A stretch of 64,000 bases of DNA from Limisphaerales bacterium (GCA_047608975.1 JBLFYM010000009.1:15826-79825); one strand, 5' to 3'. Numbered from the stretch's first letter, positions 45,624 through 56,123 are shown. Notes: generated by a model not told the origin, from the letters alone. Translations and numbers: made by a program.

Positions 45624-46361
45624 ATGTCAGGCGACACTTTACAGCGAATGCCCTGCCCGAATTGTGGGAAGAAGATCAAGTTTGGACCCGAAGATGTTGG
45701 TTCGGACGCCTTCTGCCCGCATTGCGATACTCCGGTCGTACTCAGAGCCCCGGGCGTTTCACCGGCACCACCGCCCAAGCCGACGGATGGAATGTCGAAG
45801 AAGCAACTGATCGCCATCCCCTCCATTATTTTCGCTGTTGTGTTTTCGTTGATCGCCGGAATTGGGCTGCTGAAGCGTGGCAAGGGCGCGAAGCAGGCCA
45901 AGGCGGAGATCGAGAACATGTCCGATGAGGATTGGCTGAAGGCAAAGAAGAGCAACAAACCTACAGCCAACGGGACCGCCAAGAAAAAAGGCAAGCAAGT
46001 GGCCTTGCTCAGGGGGTACAAACGGCCGTTGGAGAAGTTCGTTCAAAAGAAGGTGATTTGGGGCAATCCCACGAAACGCAAAAGCGGTTCGCCCGTTCAG
46101 CTCATGGGGCACAAGATCGACAAGGCGGAAACTGGCAGTCTCACCTACGTGGTCGGGTTGGTGCAGAATCACACGGGCGGCCAGCTCTACAACGTTGAGG
46201 CTTTCTTCGATCTTTACGACGGAAAGGGCAAAAAGGTCGGCGACACCAAGGATTACTTTGGTATTCTTGCTCCGAAGGGGAAGTGGGAATTGCGCGCGAC
46301 GATCTTCCAGCGGGGCGTCACATCGGCCAAGCTTCGCGATATCAAGTACGAGGCCGAATGA
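45624..46361 (+). CDS. Zinc-ribbon / TM / FxLYD-domain protein
   Basis: CPNCGKK...CPHCDTP zinc ribbon. TM helix IAIPSIIFAVVFSLIAGIGLL, a lysine-rich linker, and a C-terminal domain containing FFDLYD. Confidence 0.65.
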   Translation: MSGDTLQRMPCPNCGKKIKFGPEDVGSDAFCPHCDTPVVLRAPGVSPAPPPKPTDGMSKKQLIAIPSIIFAVVFSLIAGIGLLKRGKGAKQAKAEIENMSDEDWLKAKKSNKPTANGTAKKKGKQVALLRGYKRPLEKFVQKKVIWGNPTKRKSGSPVQLMGHKIDKAETGSLTYVVGLVQNHTGGQLYNVEAFFDLYDGKGKKVGDTKDYFGILAPKGKWELRATIFQRGVTSAKLRDIKYEAE

Positions 46362-46415
46362 TCGGCTCATCCGTTCTCGTGCCGGTCTACATTCTTCTGC
46401 AGAACACATTCATCC

Positions 46416-47702
46416 ATGATTTCTCACGACAAATCTGAGGCCCTTTTTGACGAATCACTCAAACACATTCCAGGTGGCGTAAACTCTCCGGTAAGGGCAT
46501 TTCGGGCAGTGGGCGGAAAACCGTTCTTTGTTGATCGTGCCAAGGGCCCGCATATCTGGGATATCGACGGAAACCAGTATGTCGATTACGTGGGCACTTG
46601 GGGACCGGCGATTCACGGACACGCGTTCGAACCGATCGTTCAGGCCGTCCAATCAACCGCGGTGAATGGAACCAGCTTTGGGATTCCCAATCCGCTCGAG
46701 GTGGACATGGCCAAGCTGATCAAGGAGTTCTTCCCGAGCATTGAGAAGGTGCGAATGGTGAATTCGGGAACTGAAGCGTGCATGAGCGCAATTCGCCTCG
46801 CCCGGGGATTCACGAAGCGTGACAAGATCGTAAAGTTCGAGGGCTGTTATCACGGACATCACGATTCACTGCTGGTAAAGGCGGGTTCTGGTGCTCTTAC
46901 CTTTGGCAATCCGGATAGTGCCGGCGTGCCGGCTGAATTCACCCAACATACGATCCTGGTTCCTTTCAACGACGTGGCGGCCGTGGAGGCGGTGTTCGCG
47001 GCAAATCCGGGACAAATTGCTGGCATAATTCTCGAACCGGTCATCGGCAATGCCGGCTTGATCCTGCCGCACGACGGTTTCTTGGAACGACTCCGCAAGC
47101 TTACCGAGCAGAACGGCTCGCTGCTGATCTTCGACGAGGTCATGACCGGATTCAGGGTTGCCCGGGGGGGAGCGCAGGAACGGTTTTCGATCAAGCCGGA
47201 TATTACCTGTCTCGGGAAGATAATCGGTGGAGGATTGCCGGTCGGGGCATTCGGTGGACGGGCTGATGTCATGGCGTGCCTGGCCCCGGAAGGACCGGTC
47301 TATCAGGCTGGAACGCTGAGCGGAAACCCTTTGGCCATGGCGGCGGGCATTGCCGCATTGAATGCCCTTAAATCGGGCGCAGCCCACGCGCGTCTGGAAG
47401 AGTTGGGGGCGCGTCTGGAAGAAGCGATGACCCGGGCAGCGCAGGACGCCGGGGTCGCCGTCACGATCCAGCGCTGCGGCTCGATGAGCTGCGCATACTT
47501 TGGGGATCACGAGGTGCGCAATCTCGACGATGCGATGAAATGTGATCGCGATCGGTTCGCGAAGTATTTCCACGGTATGCTCCAGGCGGGCATCTATGTC
47601 GCGCCATCCCAGTTCGAGGCCGGCTTCATCTCCACCGCGCATACGGAAGACGACATCGACCGGACGGCGGCGGCGGCGGCGGCAGTATTGAGAACCCTCT
47701 GA
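46416..47702 (+). CDS. hemL: Glutamate-1-semialdehyde 2,1-aminomutase
   Basis: IPGGVNSPVRAF, YVDYVGTWGP, LIFDEVMTGFR, and the PLP-lysine context CLGKIIGGGLP. Confidence 0.95.
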   Translation: MISHDKSEALFDESLKHIPGGVNSPVRAFRAVGGKPFFVDRAKGPHIWDIDGNQYVDYVGTWGPAIHGHAFEPIVQAVQSTAVNGTSFGIPNPLEVDMAKLIKEFFPSIEKVRMVNSGTEACMSAIRLARGFTKRDKIVKFEGCYHGHHDSLLVKAGSGALTFGNPDSAGVPAEFTQHTILVPFNDVAAVEAVFAANPGQIAGIILEPVIGNAGLILPHDGFLERLRKLTEQNGSLLIFDEVMTGFRVARGGAQERFSIKPDITCLGKIIGGGLPVGAFGGRADVMACLAPEGPVYQAGTLSGNPLAMAAGIAALNALKSGAAHARLEELGARLEEAMTRAAQDAGVAVTIQRCGSMSCAYFGDHEVRNLDDAMKCDRDRFAKYFHGMLQAGIYVAPSQFEAGFISTAHTEDDIDRTAAAAAAVLRTL

Positions 47703-47705
47703 CTC

Positions 47706-48122
47706 ATGCGTGTTCTGGGACTTGATTACGGAAGCAAGCGCGTTGGAGTCGCGCTCAGCGATGAACTGCAGATGATCGCGCAGCCGCTTGAGTTTATTCT
47801 GGCCAAACCGTTTGATGAGTTTCTGAAGCGGCTGAAAGAGCTCCTGACGAGTCAGAATGTGGAGACGATAGTGGTCGGCATGCCTCGCAACATGAATGGC
47901 ACTTACGGCCCCGCTGCCGAATCCGCGAAATCGTTCGCCAACAAGATCGGCGCTGAAGTTTCACAACCCATTCGGACCTGGGACGAACGCCTGACGAGCG
48001 TAGAGGCAAACCGTATTCTTATCGCGGGAAACGTCCGGCGGGGCAAACGGAAAGAGAAGGTCGACAAGATGGCCGCCGCTATCCTGCTGCAGAGCTTCCT
48101 CGATGCGCAGTCGCTGGCATGA
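47706..48122 (+). CDS. ruvX: Holliday-junction resolvase-like nuclease YqgF/RuvX
   Basis: MRVLGLDYGSKRVGVALSD...VVGMPRNMNGT...WDERLTS. Confidence 0.9.
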   Translation: MRVLGLDYGSKRVGVALSDELQMIAQPLEFILAKPFDEFLKRLKELLTSQNVETIVVGMPRNMNGTYGPAAESAKSFANKIGAEVSQPIRTWDERLTSVEANRILIAGNVRRGKRKEKVDKMAAAILLQSFLDAQSLA

Positions 48123-48910
48123 ACGAGCAGCAGGAGCATCTGAAATTCAGGCTGACGATCGCCTACGACGGAACGAATTACGAAGGATGGCAGGTTCAGA
48201 AGGTCGGACTTGGCGTGCAACAAAAGGTCGAAGAGGCAATTCAGGTTATTTTTCCGTCGGTGCGGCGGATCCACAGTTCCAGTCGGACGGATGCCGGAGT
48301 TCACGCCCGTGGCATGGTGGCGCACGTGGAAATCCCCAAGGCTGAGTTTCGGATGCCAATTCGGAAGCTGTCATTGGCACTCAATGCGAATCTGCCGGAA
48401 GATATCCGGATCACCCGCGCGGTTCGCTCCCCTGCCCGCTTCCATGCGCGGTTCGATGCCAAGGGCAAGCAATACCGGTATCAGGTCTGGAACCATCGAG
48501 TCATGAATCCGCTTTTGCGGCAAGTCGCGTGGCATGTTGCGCGAGATCTGGATATCGCCGCCATCCGTGAGGCGGCGAAGTGTTTTATGGGCCGACGTGA
48601 CTACCGCTCGCTGGCCAACAGTCGTGAGTATGAGATGGAGAACACAGTGCGGACTCTCTTTCGCTGTGATGTGCGCAAATCGTCTGATTTGCTGACGTTC
48701 GTAATCGAGGGAGATGGCTTCCTCTACAAAATGTGCCGGAACATCGTCGGCATGCTGGTCCAAGTCGGTCAGGGAAAGCTCAGCGCTGGGGATATCGAAA
48801 CTAGTCTGGCAGCATGTGATCGCAAAGCCGCCGGGGTCGCCGCACCTGCGAAAGGGCTTATCCTATGGGAGGTCTACTACTCGCCCAGAAAGGCGGCTTC
48901 CTCCAAATGA
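48119..48910 (+). CDS. truA: tRNA pseudouridine(38-40) synthase
   Basis: LTIAYDGTNYEGWQVQ...SSRTDAGVHARG...GDGFLYKMCRNIVG. 4-nt overlap with ruvX. Confidence 0.9.
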   Translation: MNEQQEHLKFRLTIAYDGTNYEGWQVQKVGLGVQQKVEEAIQVIFPSVRRIHSSSRTDAGVHARGMVAHVEIPKAEFRMPIRKLSLALNANLPEDIRITRAVRSPARFHARFDAKGKQYRYQVWNHRVMNPLLRQVAWHVARDLDIAAIREAAKCFMGRRDYRSLANSREYEMENTVRTLFRCDVRKSSDLLTFVIEGDGFLYKMCRNIVGMLVQVGQGKLSAGDIETSLAACDRKAAGVAAPAKGLILWEVYYSPRKAASSK

Positions 48911-49386
48911 ACGTTGTTCTGGTTGAGCCTGAGATTCCGCCGAACACCGGCAACATCGCGCGGCTATGCGCGGCTACCCGATCTCCACTCCATCTGATTG
49001 AACCGCTCGGTTTTGAGCTTAACGATCGCCGCCTCAAGCGCGCTGGCATGGATTATTGGAATCATGTTGAGTGGAAAGTTTGGCCGAATTGGCCGGCGTT
49101 CGATCAGCAACGCGGCGAGGGCAGGCTTTGGTTGATCGAGTCTGGTGGCATCAAAAACTACAGTGAGATCGACTTTGGCCCCGATGATTTCCTGATATTT
49201 GGTCGGGAGACAGCCGGGTTGCCGCCGGGATTATTGGCCGAGCATCAGGAGGATGTCCTCCACATTCCCATGTTCAACGATCAGGCCCGATCTCTCAACC
49301 TGGCGAATTGCGTCGCATTAGTGCTTTTTGAGGCACTTCGGCAACAAGGATTTCCCGGACAGACTCCAATTGCCCCGTACACGTAA
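48907..49386 (+). CDS. trmL: tRNA (cytidine/uridine-2'-O-)-methyltransferase TrmL (SpoU/TrmH family)
   Basis: Internal ATG at 48907 gives an ATGA overlap with the truA stop. MNVVLVEPEIPPNTGNIARLCAAT...FGRETAGLP...SLNLANCVALVLFEALRQ. Confidence 0.9.
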   Translation: MNVVLVEPEIPPNTGNIARLCAATRSPLHLIEPLGFELNDRRLKRAGMDYWNHVEWKVWPNWPAFDQQRGEGRLWLIESGGIKNYSEIDFGPDDFLIFGRETAGLPPGLLAEHQEDVLHIPMFNDQARSLNLANCVALVLFEALRQQGFPGQTPIAPYT

Positions 49387-49516
49387 CAAACGTTTAGGGA
49401 CAATTCAGTATTGGTGTTTTGGAGTTCAGAAACTAACCTTGCCTGTCCCACTAAACGACCAATTGACAACGCCTTACGGCGGTCATTAAGATGCAAAAAA
49501 CCCAAGTGATCCAGTT

Positions 49517-51247
49517 GTGCCAGTAAAAGACGATTACCTTGTAGAAACGCTCGCAGATATGGGCTTGGTCACCGACGACGATGTGCAGATCGCACGCGCG
49601 GAGGTCGAGTCCGGTGAGTTCGAAGATCAGGGGATCATCGACCGCCTGATCGCAGCGCAGATCATCGCCCCCGCCCATCTTACCCAAGCCAAGGCGATTC
49701 AGTACGGTGTTGAGACCATCGACCTGGACGGAATGTCATTGGAGGACGAAACGGTGCAGCAGGTGCCCCGTCACATCGTCAAGCAGAACAACATCATTCC
49801 CGTATTCTTCTCCGAAGGCGTACTCACCATCGCGGTCGCTGATCCTTCGGATCTCGATATGATGGACCGGTTGAACCACCAGTTGAAGGTGGATTCGATC
49901 GAGTATCGCGTCGCAACCCAAGATCACATCGATAGACTGATCAAACAATACTACGGAGGCTCAGAGGAAACCGATAGCACCAACATCGGGGCGATGATCC
50001 AAGACATCACCGAAGGTGAAATCGACTTGGGCTTCGTAAAGGACGAGACCTTCGGGGAGGGGCGTGACGAAGTCGAGGCTGACGCCCCCCTTGTCAAACT
50101 GGTGAACAGTATTATCGCCGACGCGTTCCGTGGACGTGCCTCTGATATTCACATCGAACCGATGGAGAAGGTGCTCCGCGTTCGGTATCGGGTGGACGGC
50201 TGCCTGGAAGAGGTGAGCAGTCCGCCAAAGAAACTTCAGAATGCGATCATCAGTCGATTGAAGATTCAGTCCGGCATGTCCATTGCTGAACGCCGCAAGC
50301 CGCAGGACGGACGTATCCAGCTTGAGATCTCCGGCAAGCCGATCGATTTGCGTGTCAACTCGCTCCCCACGACCCAGGGCGAGAGCATCGTCATGCGTAT
50401 CCTGGACAAGAGCGGTCTGAGCCTCGGACTGTCAGAATTGGGATTCATGGCGGATGATCAGGCTTCGTTCGAACGGATGATCGGCCTGCCTGACGGAATT
50501 CTGCTTGTGACCGGGCCGACCGGTTCAGGGAAGACCACGACTCTTTACTCCTGCCTCAACTACATCAACCGGCCCGATCGGAAGATTATTACGGTCGAGG
50601 ATCCCGTTGAGTATGTGCTGTCCGGCATCAACCAGGTGCAGGTGAACAATGCTGCGGGACTGACCTTTTCAACTGCGCTCCGCGCCATGCTCCGGCAGGC
50701 GCCAAACGTCGTGATGCTCGGGGAAATTCGAGATATGGAGACCGCGACCATCGCCATCAACGCGGCGCTCACCGGTCACCTGGTTTTCTCGACCCTCCAT
50801 ACCAACGACGCACCGAGCGCAGTTTCCCGTCTCATCGACATCGGGATCAAGCCATTCTTGGTGGCCTCAGCGGCGCGCGGAATCATGGCGCAACGACTCG
50901 TGCGGGCGATCTGCAAGAAATGCAACCAACCTCACACTCCCACCGACCGCGAAATGCGGGCCTTGGGCATCACCCAAGATATGCTCAATTCGGGCGCCCC
51001 ACGCAAAGGCGTGGGCTGTCGGGATTGCACGAACGGATACCGCGGCCGGAAAGGCCTCTTTGAGGTGTTCGTCATCGATGACAATGTGCGCAAACTGATT
51101 TTTGAACGGGTCTCCAGCACAGTTCTCCGCGCTCGCGCCCGGGAAATGGGAATGAAGAGTCTCCGTGAAGATGGCACCCGCAAGGTGCTGGCCGGAATCA
51201 CCACGGCCGAAGAAGTGATCGAGGCGACCGTCGGCGACGAGACTTGA
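49517..51247 (+). CDS. pilB: Type IV pilus / type II secretion assembly ATPase (PilB/GspE family), copy 1
   Basis: N-terminal T2SSE_N-like domain. Walker A is [10 protein letters not shown], with Asp/His boxes and the tetracysteine motif CKKC...CRDC. GTG start as in the track. Confidence 0.85.
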   Translation: MPVKDDYLVETLADMGLVTDDDVQIARAEVESGEFEDQGIIDRLIAAQIIAPAHLTQAKAIQYGVETIDLDGMSLEDETVQQVPRHIVKQNNIIPVFFSEGVLTIAVADPSDLDMMDRLNHQLKVDSIEYRVATQDHIDRLIKQYYGGSEETDSTNIGAMIQDITEGEIDLGFVKDETFGEGRDEVEADAPLVKLVNSIIADAFRGRASDIHIEPMEKVLRVRYRVDGCLEEVSSPPKKLQNAIISRLKIQSGMSIAERRKPQDGRIQLEISGKPIDLRVNSLPTTQGESIVMRILDKSGLSLGLSELGFMADDQASFERMIGLPDGILLVTGPTGSGKTTTLYSCLNYINRPDRKIITVEDPVEYVLSGINQVQVNNAAGLTFSTALRAMLRQAPNVVMLGEIRDMETATIAINAALTGHLVFSTLHTNDAPSAVSRLIDIGIKPFLVASAARGIMAQRLVRAICKKCNQPHTPTDREMRALGITQDMLNSGAPRKGVGCRDCTNGYRGRKGLFEVFVIDDNVRKLIFERVSSTVLRARAREMGMKSLREDGTRKVLAGITTAEEVIEATVGDET

Positions 51248-51300
51248 TCATACTATTTTTCAACAATAACCGAAGATACAGAGAAAGGTCAGAATAGAAC

Positions 51301-52413
51301 ATGGGTGCTTATGCGATGTCGGATTTGCTGCAGTTGATGGTCTCCGAGGGGGCCGCCGATCTGCATGTTCGGGTGGGAATCCCACCTTGCTACCGGGCTC
51401 ACGGGACGCTCGAGCGAATCCAAGGGCCGCCTTGTGCTCAGGACGATGTCGAGGAATTGATGACCAGCATTTGCAGCGAGGATCATATTCAACAGATCCG
51501 GACCAATGGTGGCGCTGACTTCGGATTTGCATTCGGTGAACTGGCCCGTTTCCGGGTAAGTGCCTTCAAGGAACGCGGTAATTTCGCCCTCGTTCTCCGG
51601 CAGATCCCAACGGATCTCCTGCCCATGAGCGTCATTGGCCTCTCGCCCAATCTGATCGACGAACTGCTTCACAAACCACGTGGAATGATCCTGGTCACAG
51701 GCCCGACAGGTTCCGGTAAATCCACGACGCTGGCATCAATGGTAAACATGATCAACGAAGAGCAGGATCATGCCCATATCATCACGATCGAAGATCCGAT
51801 CGAGTTTTACCACAAACACAAGAAGGCGGTAATTACACAGCGCGAGGTCCACATTGATGTCCCCAGTTTTGCCGAAGCCCTGCGGCGCGCGTTGCGTCAG
51901 GATCCGGAAGTCATCCTCGTGGGCGAGTTGCGCGATCTCGAAACAATTGAAGCCGCGCTGACCGCTGCGGAAACCGGTCACGTTGTCTACGGTACGCTGC
52001 ATACGAATTCAGCGGCGAAGACGATCGATCGTATCGTCAATGCCTTTCCGATCAACGCTCAGGAGACGGTCCGAATCCAGCTGTCTACCGCGCTGGTATG
52101 CGTGATTGCACAGATTTTGGTACCGACCTGTGACAAGCCAGGGCGCGTGGCTGTGCACGACATCATGGTCCAGACGCCATCGATTGCGGCGCTCATCCGT
52201 GACAACAAGACATTTCGTATTCCTTCCGATCAACAAACCGGAGCCAAGTACGGCATGGTGACCTTGGATATGGGAATGCTCGACTGGTATCGCAAAGGCC
52301 GCATCGCCCGCGAAGAAGTCATTAACCGCTGCCTTGATCCTCAGGGTATCCTGGCCAAGATCGCCGAGGTGGATGCCGAGATCGAAGCCGAGGTCGACGA
52401 CGACGACGATTGA
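51301..52413 (+). CDS. pilT: Type IV pilus retraction ATPase PilT
   Basis: About 370 aa without the N-terminal extension. ASDLH-like AADLHVRVG, Walker [11 protein letters not shown], and [15 protein letters not shown]. The tail is acidic. Confidence 0.9.
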   Translation: MGAYAMSDLLQLMVSEGAADLHVRVGIPPCYRAHGTLERIQGPPCAQDDVEELMTSICSEDHIQQIRTNGGADFGFAFGELARFRVSAFKERGNFALVLRQIPTDLLPMSVIGLSPNLIDELLHKPRGMILVTGPTGSGKSTTLASMVNMINEEQDHAHIITIEDPIEFYHKHKKAVITQREVHIDVPSFAEALRRALRQDPEVILVGELRDLETIEAALTAAETGHVVYGTLHTNSAAKTIDRIVNAFPINAQETVRIQLSTALVCVIAQILVPTCDKPGRVAVHDIMVQTPSIAALIRDNKTFRIPSDQQTGAKYGMVTLDMGMLDWYRKGRIAREEVINRCLDPQGILAKIAEVDAEIEAEVDDDDD

Positions 52414-52423
52414 TACCAAGCCT

Positions 52424-54133
52424 ATGTCGATTAGCATATCCGATCCCCTACTTTCCCTGATCAAGGATCAGGGACTGATTGATGACCTCCAGCTGCATGA
52501 GGTCGTTCAGGAGAATACCAAATCTGGGAAACCGGTGAGCCAGATTCTGGTAGAGTCTGCGATTCTGGATATGGCGAGCCAGTTGAACATCATCGCCGAA
52601 TATTTGGGGACCGATGTAATTCCGGACCTGGCTGACATCGACATCCCCGATGAGGTGATTGCCATGATACCGCCGAACACGGCGCGCATGTATCAGTGTC
52701 TGCCCATTGAAGCGCATGGCGACACCCTCAAGGTCGTCTTGGCGGATCCGCTAAACCCGTCAATTCTGGATGAACTGTCGTTCATCATTGCCAAGGAAGT
52801 GCATGTGGTCGTCGGCGATCCGGCGCATGTGGAGACTCTGCTTTCCAAACACTATCAGGAGCAGGCTGAAAGCTTTGCTGATATCCTCGGAGAAATGACC
52901 AACGAGGAGGATATGGTCCGGGAGATCCAGGCGCTCGAGGATGAGGAAAATGAGGACGCGTTGACCAGTCTGGCAAATGAGACCCCGATCATCCGCTTCG
53001 TGAACCTCGTCCTCTATCAGGCGATCAACGACCGCGCGAGTGACGTTCATTTCGAACCGTTTGAAGATGAATACAAGATCCGCTACCGCGTGGACGGTTC
53101 CCTCTACGAGATGGCGCCTCCTCCCAAGTACTTGGCCACCCCGGTCACCTCGCGTATCAAGATTCTGGCGAATCTGAACATCTCGGAAAAGCGCCTCCCC
53201 CAAGATGGTCGTATCTCGATGTCGCTGGGTGGCAAGCGTGTCGATCTTCGTGTTTCTACGCTCCCCACCAAATTTGGGGAGTCCGTCGTGCTTCGTGTTC
53301 TGGATCGATCCAACGCGTCGTTGGACCTCGAAAACCTTGGCTTCCAGAAAAATGTCTTCGAGCAGGTTGGCGATATTATCTCGCAACCCAATGGCATCTT
53401 CGTAGTGACTGGTCCTACCGGCTCTGGAAAAACGACCACGCTCTACGCCTGCCTCCGCCGGCTCAACCAAATCGAAACCAAGATTCTGACGAGTGAAGAT
53501 CCGGTTGAGTATGACTTGGAGGGAATTATTCAGGTACCGATCAACGAGGCTGTCGGCATGACGTTTGCGGCCGCATTGCGCGCCTTTTTGCGTCAGGATC
53601 CAGACATCATTATGGTCGGAGAGATGCGTGACCCTGAAACAGCCCAGATCTCCGTTCAGGCCTCGCTCACCGGTCACTTCGTGTTATCCACCCTGCACAC
53701 AAACGACGCTCCTGGTGCTGTTACCCGATTTACAGATATGGGGGTTGAACCCTTTCTGATTTCGTCCACTTTGATGGGTGTTTTGGCTCAACGGCTCGTG
53801 CGAACCGTCTGTTCGAAGTGCTGTTCGCCGTTCGAACCAACTGAGAACCAACTGCAACAATTGGGCCTTTCAGTCTACGATATCGGCGACAAAACGTTCT
53901 ATTACGGGCGCGGCTGCGAGACTTGCGGAGACGCCGGTTACTCAGGTCGACAGGGTATTTACGAATTGCTCGAAATTTCCGATGCTCTCAGACATCAGAT
54001 CAATGAAAGAGCTCCGGCGGTGGTGATGAGACAGAAAGCGGTTGAGCTGGGCATGTCGACCCTGAGAGATGACGGCCTGCGATTGATCTTTGATGGCAAG
54101 ACGACCGTTGAAGAAGTGGTCAAGTGCACGTGA
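52424..54133 (+). CDS. Second PilB/GspE-family assembly ATPase, copy 2
   Basis: Start MSISISDP at 52424; the earlier part of ORF 52334.. overlaps pilT. T2SSE_N-like N-terminus, Walker [11 protein letters not shown], tetracysteine CSKC...CETC. Confidence 0.85.
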   Translation: MSISISDPLLSLIKDQGLIDDLQLHEVVQENTKSGKPVSQILVESAILDMASQLNIIAEYLGTDVIPDLADIDIPDEVIAMIPPNTARMYQCLPIEAHGDTLKVVLADPLNPSILDELSFIIAKEVHVVVGDPAHVETLLSKHYQEQAESFADILGEMTNEEDMVREIQALEDEENEDALTSLANETPIIRFVNLVLYQAINDRASDVHFEPFEDEYKIRYRVDGSLYEMAPPPKYLATPVTSRIKILANLNISEKRLPQDGRISMSLGGKRVDLRVSTLPTKFGESVVLRVLDRSNASLDLENLGFQKNVFEQVGDIISQPNGIFVVTGPTGSGKTTTLYACLRRLNQIETKILTSEDPVEYDLEGIIQVPINEAVGMTFAAALRAFLRQDPDIIMVGEMRDPETAQISVQASLTGHFVLSTLHTNDAPGAVTRFTDMGVEPFLISSTLMGVLAQRLVRTVCSKCCSPFEPTENQLQQLGLSVYDIGDKTFYYGRGCETCGDAGYSGRQGIYELLEISDALRHQINERAPAVVMRQKAVELGMSTLRDDGLRLIFDGKTTVEEVVKCT

Positions 54134-54180
54134 TCGATCCCTGAGCGCCCTCAAAATCCGAAAAGAACCGAAGGAATCTT

Positions 54181-55470
54181 ATGCCTACATACAGCTACGT
54201 TGCGATGGACAACAAGGGGAAGGAAACAAAGGGCACCCTTGACGCCGCGAACCAGAACGAAGCGCTGACCCGTCTGAAGGAGATGAATTACTTCCCCACA
54301 AAGGTGGTGGAGGTTGAGAAGAAGGAAAAGAAAGGTAAAGGTAAAGGTAAAGGCAAGGGGAAGGCGAAAGGCAAGGGCGGCGGCGGCGGCGGTGGATTTA
54401 AGATCAAAATCCCGTTCTTTTCAGGGAAGGTCAAACCCAAAGTACTCAGTACCTTCACCCGCCAGTTGGCCACATTGGTCGATGCGGGTCTTCCCCTGCT
54501 CCGCGGGCTGCGCGTGCTGCAAAAGCAGGAGCGGAATCCCACCCTGAAGGACATTCTCGGAGAGCTCGCTATTGCCATTGAAGGCGGCAGTACATTCTCG
54601 GAATCTCTGGCCTCGCATCCGAAGACTTTTAACAAATTGTTCGTCAACATGGTCAAGGCCGGTGAGCTTGGCGGTGTTCTTGAAGTCACCCTCACACGGC
54701 TGGCTGAATTCGCGGAGAAAGCTGAGAAGATCAAGGGCGTGGTCAAGGCTGCCATGTTCTATCCAATCGCCGTGCTGGTCGTCGCGGTCGTCATCGTCGG
54801 TATTTTGATGGTGTTCGTGGTGCCAAAGTTTGAAGCGATCTTTGCCGATATGTTGGACGGGGCCTCGCTGCCCGAGTTTACCCAATTTGTGCTCGGCATC
54901 AGCAACTTCATCAAAACCAACGTGATGATGACGATCGGGATCGTGATCTCGTTCTTCGTCTCGCTAAAGCTCCTGCTAAAAACCAAACTCGGACGCAAAG
55001 CGTTCGACAAGATCATACTCATCGCCCCGGTATTTGGCCCGGTAGTCAGCAAGGTCGCCATCAGCCGATTCTGCCGCACACTGGGAACTCTGATCAGTTC
55101 CGGTGTTCCGATCCTTCAATCACTCAACATTGTGAAGGATACTGCCGGCAACGTCATTATTGAGGCTGCGGTTCAATCGATCCACGACAGCGTCAAAGAG
55201 GGTGAAACGATTATCGCGCCAATGGAGGCAGCGAAAGCATTTCCACCCATGGTGGTCAGCATGGTGGACGTCGGTGAGCAGACCGGTGCCTTGCCCGAAA
55301 TGTTGATGAAGATAGCGGACAACTACGAGGAAGAGGTCGACAATGCGGTATCCGCGATGGTCTCCCTGCTTGAGCCGATCATGATTGTCTTCCTGGCGGT
55401 CGTCGTGGGTAGCATCGTTATTGCGATGTTCATGCCCCTAATCGTGATGATCGACAAGTTGGGTTCCTGA
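54181..55470 (+). CDS. pilC: Type IV pilus platform protein PilC/GspF family
   Basis: Two T2SSF repeats (FTRQLATLVDAGLPLLRGL and FCRTLGTLISSGVPILQSL) and three TM segments. A K/G-rich insertion follows the first roughly 45 aa. Confidence 0.9.
   Translation: MPTYSYVAMDNKGKETKGTLDAANQNEALTRLKEMNYFPTKVVEVEKKEKKGKGKGKGKGKAKGKGGGGGGGFKIKIPFFSGKVKPKVLSTFTRQLATLVDAGLPLLRGLRVLQKQERNPTLKDILGELAIAIEGGSTFSESLASHPKTFNKLFVNMVKAGELGGVLEVTLTRLAEFAEKAEKIKGVVKAAMFYPIAVLVVAVVIVGILMVFVVPKFEAIFADMLDGASLPEFTQFVLGISNFIKTNVMMTIGIVISFFVSLKLLLKTKLGRKAFDKIILIAPVFGPVVSKVAISRFCRTLGTLISSGVPILQSLNIVKDTAGNVIIEAAVQSIHDSVKEGETIIAPMEAAKAFPPMVVSMVDVGEQTGALPEMLMKIADNYEEEVDNAVSAMVSLLEPIMIVFLAVVVGSIVIAMFMPLIVMIDKLGS
54319..54396 (+). 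repeat. In-frame Lys/Gly-coding simple-sequence tract inside pilC, containing (GGTAAA)x3 and (GGC)x5
   Basis: aag aag gaa aag aaa ggt aaa ggt aaa ggt aaa ggc aag ggg aag gcg aaa ggc aag ggc ggc ggc ggc ggc ggt gga encodes KKEKKGKGKGKGKGKAKGKGGGGGGG. Confidence 0.9.
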
Positions 55471-55500
55471 ACCCGGCCGGTCCTGATAACTTCGAAAAAA

Positions 55501-55541
55501 CAACCCTCCGGCTTGTCAAAGCCGGAGGGTTGTTTCATTTT
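55501..55541 (+). terminator. Intrinsic (rho-independent) terminator after pilC
   Basis: 14-bp perfect stem CAACCCTCCGGCTT-gtca-AAGCCGGAGGGTTG, followed by TTTCATTTT and preceded by an A-tract (GAAAAAA). It lies 31 nt after the pilC stop. Confidence 0.85.
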
Positions 55542-55550
55542 CCTTCCCGC

Positions 55551-56117
55551 ATGACAGAAGAACGGGTGTTGGAAATTTTTCGCAATTCAGGCGCACTGCT
55601 TGAAGGGCACTTCATTTTGCGGAGTGGGTTGCGTAGTCGGCAATTTTTCCAGTGCGCCCTGGCGCTCCAGCAGATGCCCGACGTGGAGGAACTCGGTGCC
55701 GGTCTCGCCGAGAGAGTTCGGGACCTGAAGATCGAGACCGTGCTCGCTCCGGCAATGGGCGGGCTGGTGATCGGTCAGGAGGTGGCGCGACAACTTGGAT
55801 GCCGCTACATCTTCGTAGAAAAAGAGAACGATCGACTCGTTCTCCGTCGCGGGTTTCAGATCCGACCGGGCGAGAGAGTTCTCATCGTCGAAGATGTCGT
55901 CACCAAGGGGGGGCGCGTCCGCGAAACCTTGGACATTGCCACGCAACACCAGGCCGACGTGAGGGGGGTAGCGATGATCGTTGACAGGTCAAACGGCAAA
56001 GTGGATGTCGGGGTTCCCACCCACTCATTGCTTTCCATCGAAGTTGAAACCTTTGATCCCGAAAAACTCCCCGCAGATCTGCAAGGAACTGAGGCCGTAA
56101 AACCCGGCAGCAAATAG
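55551..56117 (+). CDS. pyrE: Orotate phosphoribosyltransferase
   Basis: Start MTEERVLEIF at 55551; the track's earlier start would run through the terminator. GALLEGHFILRSGLRSRQFF. PRPP-binding motif VLIVEDVVTKGG. Confidence 0.85.
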   Translation: MTEERVLEIFRNSGALLEGHFILRSGLRSRQFFQCALALQQMPDVEELGAGLAERVRDLKIETVLAPAMGGLVIGQEVARQLGCRYIFVEKENDRLVLRRGFQIRPGERVLIVEDVVTKGGRVRETLDIATQHQADVRGVAMIVDRSNGKVDVGVPTHSLLSIEVETFDPEKLPADLQGTEAVKPGSK

Positions 56118-56123
56118 ACCGCC

